DNA of 62,942 nucleotides, filler included, from Rhabdomonas costata (lineage: Eukaryota): the NCBI GenBank assembly GCA_019059605.1. It is 53 parts of 53 records of this genome, joined end to end, with 100 filler letters (N's around TTAATTAATTAA, not from the genome) between each part and the next. Parts side by side here need not be neighbours in the genome. Positions count along the whole stretch, not along the records: positions 61,854 to 62,942 come from JAHMHO010029171.1; 52 more parts are not named here. One strand, written 5' to 3'. Made by a program: the position numbers and the translations under genes. Below are positions 62,658 through 62,942 of the stretch, piece by piece; position 1 is the stretch's first letter; each line of letters starts with the position of its first letter. A model generated the notes under the pieces. That model ran no database searches. It was not told where the DNA came from and saw nothing but the letters and a program-made list of their open reading frames with translations.

Positions 62658-62942
62658 GTGCGTCCCCATCCCCACCCACAACTCTAGGACAAGAACTCAG
62701 AAAGTAGGGTAGAGGGAACCTGAATCCCACAAAACAAACCAGAATCACTCCAGCGAAAACGTTAAAAGAATTAGCGAGATCGCAGTGGTTAGGGTCGGGA
62801 GAGGGTCGGGGTCATTCACCCTGCTAAAGTGAGCCCTCTGGTGAACGGGGGCACACAGAGTGAATATTTAGGAAGCCTCCGCCCAATGATGTGCTCGGAG
62901 TCACCCCCTGACGCCACAGGCATTCTTGACAGTGACATAGTA

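Noticed and set aside
7-62748. Most ORFs in the supplied six-frame track
   Set aside because: They are shadow or antisense frames, run through introns, or run into N linkers; only spliced motif-bearing segments were accepted.

Overview
This window is not one locus. It is 53 unrelated contigs of about 1.09 kb joined by 52 artificial 100-nt linkers (N44-TTAATTAATTAA-N44, stops in all frames), so adjacency across linkers means nothing. Contig ends are G/T-only at the 5' side and A/C-only at the 3' side, and about ten contigs carry terminal fold-back inversions; both point to whole-genome-amplified DNA. Most contigs are intron-rich eukaryotic nuclear DNA with short GT-AG exons and (CA)n/(GA)n tracts; a euglenid or other euglenozoan protist fits best, but this is inference. 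Exons recognisable after manual splicing include a histidine kinase HATPase, GFAT, RtcB, ERD2, CAF-1 p150, USP7-like, formin FH2, J-domain, class III cyclase, RING, permuted papain, phosphonopyruvate decarboxylase, a prokaryote-like methyltransferase and a ferrochelatase with a Cys-rich insert. Mobile-element relics are two Ty3/gypsy pol copies, a CRE-clade RT and a probable Merlin transposase. Two AT-rich intronless contigs look foreign: a Mimiviridae-like fragment (HNH-NUMOD1 gene and convergent ORF sharing a near-perfect hairpin) and a bacterial or phage AAA_25 helicase with downstream repeats. No complete multi-gene system can be shown here; the giant-virus contig is the best lead. All family calls come from reading motifs by eye, not from database searches.
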